A stretch of 38,734 bases of DNA from Octopus bimaculoides (taxonomy: Eukaryota): positions 133,095,801 through 133,134,534 of the forward strand of contig NC_068982.1 of the NCBI RefSeq assembly GCF_001194135.2, given 5' to 3'. Shown here piece by piece: positions 11,930 through 22,287 of the stretch. A program made the position numbers and the translations under genes. The notes below the pieces were generated by a model. The model had not been told where the DNA came from. It did no database searches and saw nothing but the letters and a program-made list of their open reading frames with translations. The number at the start of each line of letters is the position of its first letter. The first letter of the stretch is position 1.

Positions 11930-13380
11930 GAGACCATTAAGTTATCCCCAATGATTGGGATAGTAGTACTATAGTTAGCTGCTACAAGGGTAAAGGAGAT
12001 GCCTTAAATAGAAACAACTACAGAGATATCAAATTATTGGCCTAGCTCATGAAAGTTAGAGAGGGTTATGGCTCAATTGATTAGGAATAGAGTAAGAATA
12101 GATGAGATGCAATATGGTCTTGTGCCCGAGAAGAGTAACACAGATACCATCTTCCTAGTGAGACAGCTGCAAGAGAAGTATCTAGCCAAATGTAAACTAT
12201 TGTACTTGGTTTTTGTCAACCTGGAGAAAGTGTNNNNNNNNNNCCCCAATGATTGGGATAGTAGTACTATAGTTAGCTGCTACAAGGGTAAAGGAGATGC
12301 CTTAAATAGAAACAACTACAGAGATATCAAATTATTGGCCTAGCTCATGAAAGTTAGAGAGGGTTATGGCTCAATTGATTAGGAATAGAGTAAGAATAGA
12401 TGAGATGCAATATGGTCTTGTGCCCGAGAAGAGTAACACAGATACCATCTTCCTAGTGAGACAGCTGCAAGAGAAGTATCTAGCCAAATGTAAACTATTG
12501 TACTTGGTTTTTGTCAACCTGGAGAAAGTGTTTGACAGATTTCCTCGCTCTGTTATCTGGTAGTCTCTAAGGAAGTTAGGATTAGATGAGTGGCTTGTTA
12601 GAGCTGGTAAATAACCCTACTTAATATGTAGGAAAGGTGTTGGAAGAAATTCCATTCATTGCATCCAGTGCAAGTGATGGATACATAAGAGGTGAAGCAG
12701 AATCACAGAGAAGTTAACAGAAAAAGTTGTGTTTGTATGTGGCAGATATGCAGGAACAATGAACATTAAGGAGACATGGGAATTAGACTCTCTCAAATGC
12801 CCAGGAGTCTCTCTTGAAGTTGTAGAAAGATTTTGTTCATTATATGACTAAATTAGCAGTGGTGGAGGATGTTTTGAAAGTACTGTTGCGAGAATAAGAA
12901 TATGATGAAGTTCAGAAACCTATTACCTCTGTTGGCAACAAAAGGACTCTCTCTCAAAGGAAATGGCAAATTACATAATACTTGAGTTCAAACAGCTCAA
13001 CTTCATGGTAATGAGACATGGGCTCTGAATGAAGATGACATGTATAGACTAGAGATGAATGAAGCTCTTATGTTCTAATGGATATGCAACATAAGTGTAC
13101 ATGTATGACAAAGTGTAAATGGTCAGAGAGAAAAGTTGAGCATAAGAGTAATCAGATGCAACATGCAAGAGAGAAGAGTATGCTGGTTTGGACATGTGAT
13201 GTGTTTGAATGAAGACAGTTATATAAAGAAAAGTTGATCACTTAAAGTTGATAGCAACTGTTGAAGAGGGAGACCCAGGAAGACAAGAAGAGGACTGATG
13301 TCAGGACGTTGGGCCTCACAGAGGAGATGACAATGGACCGAGATGTTTGGTGATATGAGGTTCTTGAGAAGACCTACCCA
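11930..13380 (+). mobile_element. Decayed RTE LINE (RT N-terminal and C-terminal fragments, internally deleted)
   Basis: PNDWDSSTIVSCYKGKGDALNRNNYRDIK, MQYGLVPEKSNTDTIFLVRQLQEK, later LHGNETWAL and GRPRKT-like remnants. Includes a 288-bp assembly duplication. Confidence 0.9.
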
Positions 13381-13399
13381 CATCAGCAATGCAATATTA

Positions 13400-14070
13400 T
13401 TTTATTCACTTAGTTTTACACATTTACACTTTTAACACCTTCAAAGTATACTTCATTTGAAGCAATGCATCTGTCCAGACACATTTTCCACTGTTCAAAG
13501 CAGTGTTGGAACTCCTGCAAAGTGATGCCTTTTAATGCCGGTCATATTTTTCTTCACCCCTTCCACATCTGCAAATTTTATAGCTCCAGATTTCATCACC
13601 AGTGATGACTTTCAAAAAAGTTCTGGATCAATTTCCAACTGTTCTTTCAGTTTATGGTACACATTCAATTGTGTTTGATTTTGATCTTCCGTGAGCAAGC
13701 AAAGCACAAGTTTTGCTGCAATTCTTTTCATTTGCAATTCCTTGTTCAAAATTCATTGGCAGGAGCTCCAGGACACACCAGGTTTATCAACAAGTTCGTC
13801 AATTGTTTTCTGATGGTCCTCCAAGATAAGTTCATGAATTTTCATGATGTTTTCATTTGCTTGAGAAGTCAATGGTTGCCCTGAATGAAGTTGATATTCA
13901 AGTGACAAGTGACCATTTCTAATGCATGAAAACCACTCACAAACTTGTGTTTTGCTCATAGCAGCATCCTTGTAAGCTGTTTGAAGCATGACAACTGTTT
14001 CCAGTGCTGTTTTCCCCAACAGGAAACAGAATTTCATGGAAGCACATTGTTCCTTCATAACAAAACAAAG
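13400..14070 (-). mobile_element. Internally deleted mariner-type transposase remnant
   Basis: MKFCFLLGKTALETVVMLQTAYKDAAMSKTQVCEWF...GQPLTS (mariner HTH region); C-terminal remnant near 13440-13530. Confidence 0.85.
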
Positions 14071-14249
14071 ATGCACCATATGGCAGTAGGACCCCAGACA
14101 CCACTGGTTGGCAGACTGATGCCTGAGGGTTGCATCAAGTGGCTTCTAGTGGAAGAAGCCCGAACTATAATTGCTTTATGCCACAGAGAGTGTTTCTGGT
14201 TATTTTGCGTACCCTCATGTATACCCATGTTTCACCAGTAACTTCATTC

Positions 14250-14962
14250 TCTCCCCCTCCCACTTTTTTGCATTCATATGAACTCCCTACTCATGCACCC
14301 TTAACAATGCTCTACCATGCAATTTATATTTTCATCTCTGTACCTTAAGAGTATGCCCTGGCACATTGCCACCATCTCTCTCACTTTCGTTCTCTTCCAC
14401 TCTCACTTTCTTTCATTTTTTATCACACACACGCACTCTATCTCTCTCTCTCTCTCTCTCTCACTCTCACTATCTCCTTCCAACTATAGTAACCATGTAT
14501 CTCCTCTACAGCAAGACACCTGCTTCTTTCCTTCTGCATACTCTAATCTCTCATCATCTGGCACAAAGCCACCTTCTCCAGTATTCCCCAGACTCAAAGG
14601 AACTTTGTCTTACAAGTTAGTTGGTGACCTCACTGGTGCTGGTGCCACATAAAAAGCATCCACTCCACACTGTAAAGTTGTTGGCATTAGAAAGGGCATC
14701 CAACCATAAAAACTAAGCCGAAACAGACCTTGCCAGTGCTGGTGCCACATGAAAAGTAACTACTACATTTTGTGAAATAGTTGGAATTAGGAATGGCATC
14801 CTGCTGAAAAAAAAAACATTCAAAATAGACAGTAGAACTTGGTGTCCTATCAAATTGGAAAACTGGAAACGATGCCAAATCAGACTGGTGCAGCCTCTCA
14901 GCTTACCACCCCTGGTCAAACCATCCAACCCATGAACAACAGATGCTAAATGATGATGATGA
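14250..14962 (+). mobile_element. RTE 3'UTR-derived repeat (pyrimidine-rich tract plus family C end, (ATG)n tail)
   Basis: Shares ccatgtatctc...agcaagacacct and ggaagggcatcc...tgatgatgat blocks with 26909-27790. Confidence 0.75.
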
Positions 14963-15319
14963 TAAATAAATATTCACTATTTGAAGAGAAGTACTGTCAC
15001 GCAAACAGCATACACATGACATAAAGATTATTTAGCTTAACTACAACACTGCCATTTATTAGATAATGATAGTCATAAAATATAAATAATTGAACGAGAA
15101 CAGTATGGTACAATAAGTAGATAGAAATGTAATTTGTTTTCTCTATAGTAAAACATGGATATTAGTATTTTAAACTCATAGGACATGGTAAATGAAACAT
15201 TTATTTTATTAGATTTGATTCTAACTAATTGTCAATCAAGGTAAGTGAAAAATATTTAGAAGTATTTGCTGGTTTACATTGATTTCTTACATAGGTACAT
15301 GGTCATAAGTTTTTGAAGA

Positions 15320-15685
15320 AGATATAGATCATTAAATTCACCCCAGTACTTGACTGGTGCCTATTTTTTCAACTCTAGAAGGATGAAATGCAAAGTAGTT
15401 GACTCTGGCAGGATTTGAACTCAGAAACTGCAAAGTTGTAACCAAATACTGCAAAGCATCTTGTCCAATGCTTAACTGATTCTCTTTATCTATTGACTGA
15501 TTGTCCAGTAATATTAATATCTAGATGCGTCTGTTTTTATGTTCTGAGTTCAAATTCTACTAAAGTTGATTTTGTTTTTCATCCTTTCATGGTCGAAAAA
15601 ATAAGTACCAGTTGAGCACTGGGGATGATGAAATCAACTTAGCCCCTCCCTTGAAATTGCTGGCCTTGTGCCAAAATTCGAAACC
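15320..15685. mobile_element. Two family B copies in convergent orientation (15320-15430 +, 15530-15685 -)
   Basis: caccccagtacttgactggt...ggatgaaatgcaaagt...gatttgaactcagaa, and its reverse complement gttctgagttcaaatt...catcctttc...ggccttgtgcc. Confidence 0.7.
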
Positions 15686-15779
15686 AATATTAATATCTAG
15701 GTGGCTAAAATAAAAAAAAAGTCAATTTATTATTTCTGTCTGTAAAAAACATTAACAAGTGGTAAATAAATGAAAATAC

Positions 15780-15901
15780 CTTTATTTCAACAGTACAGAC
15801 ACCACTCAGTTTATTAATTACAGAATCTTCTCGGTCAAGATTATCAGATTTAATTCTAACTTCACCACTGTCATTGGAAATAGAGAAGGCTGAACAAGAA
15901 T
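15780..15901 (-). CDS. Cadherin exon, 122 bp, phase 1/0: (D)SCSAFSISNDSGEVRIKSDNLDREDSVINKLSGVCTVEIK
   Basis: Acceptor tttatttttcag| and donor |gtattt; FSIxxxSGEV and LDRE motifs. Confidence 0.95.
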
Positions 15902-16146
15902 CTGAAAAATAAAGCAAATGTTTGAAAGAAAAGTTTTCTTTTCTTTTTCTTTATTTAATTTTTTTTAATTAATGCTTCAGACAGAATCCAGTTAAAAATT
16001 ACCTATATCCCATTCAATTTAACATGTCCTTATCAATATTTCTCATGTTCCTGGTTGTAATCAGAGAACTGCATGCAGTGCATAAAGTCCTGTGCATGTT
16101 TCTTTATTTCATGTGCAGTACAATGCAAAATTGATATTCAACCATA

Positions 16147-16327
16147 GGTGCAGGAGTGGCTGTGGTAGGTAGCTTGCTTACCAACCACATGGTTCCAGGT
16201 TCAGTCCCACCGCATGGCACCTTGGGCCGACCAAAGCCTTGTGAGTGGATATGGTAGAGGGAAAATGAAAGAAGCCTATTGTATATATATGTATGTATAT
16301 ATATATATATGTATGTATATATATATG

Positions 16328-16370
<43 letters not shown>
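16147..16370 (+). mobile_element. SINE family A 5' half running into (TA)n and a gap
   Basis: ggtgcaggagtggctgtggtaggtagcttgcttaccaaccacatggttccaggttcagtcccac. Confidence 0.85.
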
Positions 16371-16907
16371 NNNNNNNNNNNNNNNNNNNNNNNNNNNNNN
16401 NNNNNNNNNNNNNNNNNNNNNNNNNNNNNNNNNNNNNNNNNNNNNNNNNNNNNNNNNNNNNNNNNNNNNNNNNNNNNNNNNNNNNNNNNNNNNNNNNNNN
16501 NNNNNNNNNNNNNNNNNNNNNNNNNNNNNNNNNNNNNNNNNNNNNNNNNNNNNNNNNNNNNNNNNNNNNNNNNNNNNNNNNNNNNNNNNNNNNNNNNNNN
16601 NNNNNNNNNNNNNNNNNNNNNNNNNNNNNNNNNNNNNNNNNNNNNNNNNNNNNNNNNNNNNNNNNNNNNNNNNNNNNNNNNNNNNNNNNNNNNNNNNNNN
16701 NNNNNNNNNNNNNNNNNNNNNNNNNNNNNNNNNNNNNNNNNNNNNNNNNNNNNNNNNNNNNNNNNNNNNNNNNNNNNNNNNNNNNNNNNNNNNNNNNNNN
16801 NNNNNNNNNNNNNNNNNNNNNNNNNNNNNNNNNNNNNNNNNNNNNNNNNNNNNNNNNNNNNNNNNNATATATATATATATATATATATATAAATATATAT
16901 TAATAGT

Positions 16908-17237
16908 AATGGTAAGACAACAAAAGAATGAAAGAGACCTCGATATTATGTAAATAGAGGAATTTATCTGTAATATAATATGTGACAATTATTCGGTTGC
17001 CATAATAAAACTCTGAGTTTCAGATGTCAGGGCAGAAACCTGCACCGGCATCTCTTCAGTTATCAAAGCAATCAGAATATGCTATCTATAGAACTGAATC
17101 AAAGAAATTCCCTCCAAAGATCAAAGGCTTGAGAGACTTCGAAGCGGACCTACTGAAAGATAGCATATTTTAATTGCCTTGATAACTGAAGAGATGTTTT
17201 ATTATGGCAACTGAATAATTGTCACATATTATATTAC

Positions 17238-17242
<5 letters not shown>
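16908..17242. mobile_element. Small foldback, probably a Penelope-like remnant with inverted pseudo-LTR (PLE-1)
   Basis: Arms 16965-17011 / 17195-17242 (1 mismatch in about 45 bp) and 17049-17087 / 17158-17196; the loop encodes YRTESKKFPPKIKGLRDFEADLLK, which resembles PLE ORF N-terminal segments (from memory). Confidence 0.7.
17003..17064 (-). ncRNA. Type I hammerhead ribozyme motif, catalytic core intact
   Basis: GAUAA CUGAAGA GAUG-CCGGUGCAGGUUUCUGCCCUGA-CAUC U GAAA CUC-A-GAG UU UUAUU: stem I GAUAA/UUAUU, stem II GAUG/CAUC plus GCAG/CUGC, near-palindromic stem III, triplet GUU. Confidence 0.65.
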
Positions 17243-17272
<30 letters not shown>

Positions 17273-17350
17273 CATTACATTACATTACATTGCATTCATG
17301 CATGCATGCATACATGCATACATGCATACATGCATACATACATACATACA
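17241..17350. repeat. Compound microsatellite (TA)n-(TACAT)n-(CATG)n-(TACA)n between PLE-1 and PLE-2
   Basis: Read directly. Other microsatellites at 668-701, 7307-7342, 10390-10470, 28845-28912, 33376-33437 and 34298-34324. Confidence 0.95.
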
Positions 17351-17517
17351 AACATATTTTCCAAATTTGTGTAAATGTGTATAGAATAATATATCAGTTG
17401 AATAAAGTTAAACATGGTCTGGTTTTCATGTTTTTTATTATTGTATTTAGAAATTTTGTTTTTACAATGTTGATGTGTGTTAAACATTAAAAGAAATATC
17501 TTGTCATGTTCATAAAG

Positions 17518-17560
17518 TTCAATTAGCACTTTCATATGTGCATAGTAGTCATCAGATTTC
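17518..17560 (-). ncRNA. Degenerate minimal hammerhead motif in PLE-2 left arm (partner copy 19527-19567 +)
   Basis: GAAAU CUGAUGA (15 nt) GAAA GUGC UA AUU; partner AAAU CUAAUGA...GAAA GCAC UA AUUU. Stem II is poorly formed. Confidence 0.4.
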
Positions 17561-17719
17561 AAAATGTATTTCACTGACAGTTGAGTTCTTGACAACTGTA
17601 GTAAAATGACTGGCTTCTTGTTTTTGATACCTTTTAGAAGGCTCCAACAAGCTGTAACAAACTTATATATGAATATTCCACGTAATTTATGAATTACTGC
17701 CATAAAATATTGAGTCGAG

Positions 17720-18515
17720 AAACAGAGTGGATGGCATCAAGCAGTAACAGTAACTGACCTAGACTATACTGATGACCTGGCATTACTAACAGGGAGGACA
17801 AACAGATCAGACACAGGAGGTGCTGAGCAGATTAGAGCAGGAATCAGGGAAGGTAGGATTGTACTGTAATGCAAAGGAAACAGAGTGGCAAGTATTCAAC
17901 CACAAAATGCCTGTGTCAGTGAAAGTGAGAGACGGTAAGTCGCTGAAAGTAGTTGAAAATTTCACATACCTTGGTGCCTGGACACAAAGTACTGAAAAAG
18001 ATATTGTAGCAAGGAAAGCTCTTGTCTGGAGTGCATGCCATAAATTGAGAAAGGTATGGAGTTCAAAGTTAAGAAGTAAATTGAAAGTGAAGTTGTTTCT
18101 GACAACATTGGAGTCTGTTCTTCTATACATGGCTGAAACATGGACACTCACTAAAGCATCGAAGAAGCAGTAGGACAGTTGTTATACAAGGGTGCTTAGA
18201 ATGGCACTGAATGTCTCCTGGAAGAGTCATACAAAAAAACACTGACTTATACCAGGGACTACCAAATGTAACATTGAAGGTACAGCATAGAAAGATGAGG
18301 CTAGCTGGATACTACATCAAACATACCAATGAAATTGCTAACAAGCTAGTACTCTGGAAACCAACAGAAGGAAGAAATTGGAAAGGAAGGAGGAAGATGA
18401 CCTATATTTACAACTTGCAGGGGGATACTGGTATGGAAGGGGTACAGGAGCTGAAGACCATTATGGAGGATCGAGATGAATGAGGAAAACATGTGGGACA
18501 ACCTAGATAGATAGA
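17720..18515 (+). mobile_element. 5'-truncated RTE-clade LINE nested inside PLE-2
   Basis: DLDYTDDLALL (YxDD at 17765-17776), VVENFTYLG, ESVLLYMAETWTLTK, RKMRLAGY; short (AGAT)n tail. Confidence 0.9.
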
Positions 18516-19930
18516 TACTTATAGAAAATAACATACTATGAGCAAAAGAGATACCTAAAGAATAACTTAGGGCAACATGGGAAAGAAAAATCCATCAACA
18601 GAACACAATACCATTTCTAGTAACACACAATCCACATCACCAAAACATTTTCAACATCATAAAATGCTAATCATGAAACAAAGTGAAAAATGAAAAAAAA
18701 TAATAACTAATCAAACACTTATCTTAAGAAAAAGGCAACTACATAATCTAAAGAAACAATAAAAAAAGGCAAAATTCAGCATGAACAAACAGCATAAAAC
18801 ATTCACAATATGCAAATGCAATGATAACAGATGTGGAAAGTGTTAATACATGCAGACTGGTAGATCCATTAGAACAAAAAAAGGACAGATTTTCACAAAT
18901 GCAGATATGAAATGCAAAAGCAGAAATTTGATCTACTGCATTAAATTGCAAGGAACTATATATTGGTGAGACAGAGAATGCATTATCAGAACGTTCACAA
19001 GTCTACAGACAACAAATCCATAACACTAATGTTCACCTAATTCCATTGAGCGAACATATAAAAACATATGGCCAGAAAATGCTACATGACAGAAGTGAGG
19101 TTGGAAGAAAGATAAAAAAAAAAGGGGGCGTTTCTAAAATATTCAAACCTGTTCTGAAATAACAACAATAATATAACAACCAGTTAGTGATGTGGATTAA
19201 AAAATATCTTTAACATATGAATATAAACAAATTAAAGAAGACTCCCACCAACTTATATAAAAACAATCGAAATCAGCTAAGTTTGTTCACTTGTGAAGCC
19301 ATTACATGTAAACCACAAGCTAATTGGTTAAAATAAAGGTGGGACCTATGCTAGTAATATTGGTGTGCCTGGAAAACCATGACATTTAAGCGGCATGCTG
19401 ATTGGTCAAAACCATATTCCAAAAATTCAGCTTGTTGGAGCCTTCTAAAAGGCATAAAAAGCAAGAAGCCAGTCATTTTACTACAATTGTCAAGCACTCA
19501 ACTCAACTGTCAGTCAAATACATTTTGAAATCTAATGATTAACACAAACATACGAAAGCACTAATTTAACTTTATGAACATTATGAAATATTTTTTTAAT
19601 GTTTAACACACTTCAACATTGTAAAAAGAATTTTTTTAAAATACAATAATACAAAACGTGAAAACCAGACCATGTTGTAACTTTATTCAATTGATATATA
19701 TATGAATGTGTATATNNNNNNNNNNNNNNNNNNNNNNNNNNNNNNNNNNNNNNNNNNNNNNNNNNNNNNNNNNNNNNNNNNNNNNNNNNNNNNNNNNNNN
19801 NNNNNNNNNNNNNNNNNNNNNNNNNNNNNNNNNNNNNNNNNNNNNNNNNNNNNNNNNNNNNNNNNNNNNNNNNNNNNNNNNNNNNNNNNNNNNNNNNNNN
19901 NNNNNNNNNNNNNNNNNNNNNNNNNNNNNN

Positions 19931-19955
19931 CTGTCACTTTAGTGATGAGAGTTCC
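19931..19955 (-). CDS. Cadherin exon, 5' part only (GTLITKVT-A...), continues into the N gap 19716-19930
   Basis: Acceptor ttatttttatttcacag| then GGA ACT CTC ATC ACT AAA GTG ACA G, a typical GTxxxxVTA strand preceding the DxD motif. It must end in phase 1 to join the 15901 exon. Only 25 coding bases are visible. Confidence 0.75.
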
Positions 19956-20589
19956 CTGTGAAATAAAAATAACTGAAGTGATTAAAGAACAAAAATAATT
20001 TCAAAATGTATTAAAAGGTAATAACAATAGTTTCCTCTGAGTTTTTGTGAAAATGCAAAAGGTTACAAACAAAAAAATAAAAACTAGTTAAACTGATGCC
20101 TTTCCTAAAACCAAGGCAATAGATAAGCAAAAAAGAGAGACTCAACCTTGTCATTTGGTCCTGCAAGAAAGAGCAACCTAATCACCTTCAAGTTTCACAC
20201 TAACATCTTACAAAAAATCAAATGGAAGGACACATTAGATAAACTAGTCCAAGTTATACTACTTCTGAAGTTATGATGGAATGGTCATGGCTTTGCTCAT
20301 TGGTCTGTTGAACTGGGGATAACTGCATCATTAGCAATATATATGGGTTTCTTTTGAATGGAAATAAAAATCCCAGGCTTTAAAAAGAAGGAAGAAAAGG
20401 ATATTTTCATTGATGTAAGTTTTGTTCAAATCAAAGGTAATGTACCTGTGTTTTCCTCAGCAAGTGCGCAGAGAGAGAACAATTTGAAATATTCCTGTGC
20501 TATGAGAAAATGAGTGACTACTTTATGTATCATATCCATCTCCCACTTTATGTAATGGATAAGTGTGAGGGACAGGGAATGAGAAAGAA

Positions 20590-21728
20590 GTACATTATTT
20601 ACATTGTGTCCACATCTTGTTTGTTGTTACCACAATGTTTTGGCTGATTTACTCTCCAGCCTTCATCAGGTATCCTGGTGAAATTTTGAACCCAATCCTG
20701 GTATTTTTTGCTGGTGTTATTATTATTTATTCAAGGCACTGCTTGGAATTGAACTTGGAATCTTGGGGTTAGTAGCCCACACTCATAACTATTTCACTAT
20801 ATGCCCGTGGGCAATTATAGAGTGAATTTTAGTGCTTATAAATCTAATATTTTCCTATCTTTCCTTACTGGTACCCATATTCTACTCATATCAGCACTAG
20901 GTTTGCTTAGGAGGTTATTGTGTCCTAGCATATGTGCTGCTTCTTTTAGTTTTTATATTTTCTGGTGTGTTCTCTGTCTATTATTTTAACTTCATCCCAC
21001 AGGAGAAGGTGGTCTCCGTTTCTCCATACATGATCAATTCTACCCTATTTTTCAACATCTCCTCATGTCACAGCTTTATGATGTTCCTCTACTCTTATTT
21101 TGAGTGGGCAGTATGTTTTGCCTTTGTATAACCTACCACAACTGCATGAGATGGAGTACACACAGTCTTTGGTCATATTCTTTTCTATTGGTGGTTTTAC
21201 TCGAAAGAGATATTTGCTAAGTGTTGTATTATACTTTTGAATACTGTCCTGATGTCATATGAACCACATATCTTTTGTATCTTTTCCGAGAGGTCTTTCA
21301 CACAGGGTAGACGGATTGTGGTCAGTTTATAGGTTTCATCCTCTCTCCTCTTCCTAAAAGAAGCAGCACATATGCTAGGACACAATAACCTCCTAAGCAG
21401 ACCTAGTGCAGATATAAGAAGAATATAGGTACCGGTATTAAGGAAGGATAGGAAAATATTAAGTTTATAAGTCCTAAAATTCACTCTATAATTGCCCACA
21501 GGCATATAGTGAAATAGTTAAGAGCGTGGGCTACTAACTCCAAGATTCCAAGTTCAATTCCAGGCAGTGCCTTGAATAAATAATAATAACACCAGCAAAA
21601 AATACCAGGGTTGGGTTCAAAATTCCACCAGGACACCTGATGAAGGCTGGAAGTAAATCAGTCGAAACATTGTGGTAACAACAAACAAGATGAAGATACA
21701 TATCCATCCAATAATGTAAATAATGTAC
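20590..21728 (-). mobile_element. Penelope-like element (Poseidon-type GIY-YIG) with inverted pseudo-LTR (PLE-3)
   Basis: About 360-bp inverted arms 20590-20949 / 21354-21728; the loop encodes LPCVKDLSEKIQKICGSYDIRTVFKS-TLSKYLFRVKPPIEKNMTKDCVYSISCSCGRLYKGKT...RVEEH...LKEAAHM. Confidence 0.92.
21631..21676 (+). ncRNA. Minimal hammerhead motif in PLE-3 right arm (partner 20629-20676 -, with GAAA changed to AAAA)
   Basis: ACAC CUGAUGA A GGCUGG-AAGUAAA-UCAGUC GAAA CA UU GUG; stem III palindrome ACGU apparently decayed to ACAU. Confidence 0.55.
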
Positions 21729-22142
21729 AGAATTCCTCATCTCTAAAATATAGAACAGAAAGAAGTCACAAAGATAGAGAAATCCAGAGTCATTGAAGGC
21801 AAGAGAGAAGTGAATGGGCCATTCAGGCAGGTCAGAAAGTGAGGATGATAAGGGCATTTGAGAGGCATAAAAACTGTGGTGAAGTCAGTGTGAGAAAAGG
21901 TAAAGAAATCACAGTATCCAATCATATAATAAATCATTTTAAAACATCAAAAAATAAACTATTTTAAAACATCAAAAAATATTAGATTATGGTTATTCAA
22001 AGTAGCCAATCACAGCTTCTACTAAGGCCTCAAGAAGGTTCTGGAACATTGTGCATGCATTCCTCACAATGACCCCATGCAAAACATTTTTGTATGTAGC
22101 TTGTACACTTAGTTTCCTTAGTTATCAGCAAATTATTTTACA

Positions 22143-22215
22143 GTAGCCAAAGGCTGACCAAAGCCTTGTGAGTGGATTTGGTAGATGGAAGCTGAAAAAA
22201 GACCATTATACATAC

Positions 22216-22246
<31 letters not shown>

Positions 22247-22247
22247 C

Positions 22248-22287
<40 letters not shown>
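22143..22287 (+). mobile_element. SINE family A fragment with (TG)n(TA)n running into a gap
   Basis: gctgaccaaagccttgtgagtggatttggtagatggaagctgaa. Confidence 0.75.

Larger units (their letters stand above)
17389..19699 (+). mobile_element. Penelope-like element with inverted pseudo-LTR (PLE-2), GIY-YIG remnant at about 18600-19080
   Basis: About 265-bp inverted repeat 17389-17654 / 19428-19699; decayed ORF IPFLVTHNP...KRQLHNLKK...CNDNRCGKC...CKSRNLIYCI-CKELYIGETENALSER...PLSEHI. Confidence 0.88.

Noticed and set aside
11946-12531. 288-bp perfect tandem duplication in an RTE (11946-12233 / 12244-12531)
   Set aside because: Same 10-N gap pattern with apparently complete identity; most likely an assembly artefact.
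20446-20500. AG...GT bounded stretch (EYFKLFSLCALAEENT) as the missing cadherin exon
   Set aside because: It ends in phase 1 while the next exon needs phase 0, and has no linker or PxF motif.
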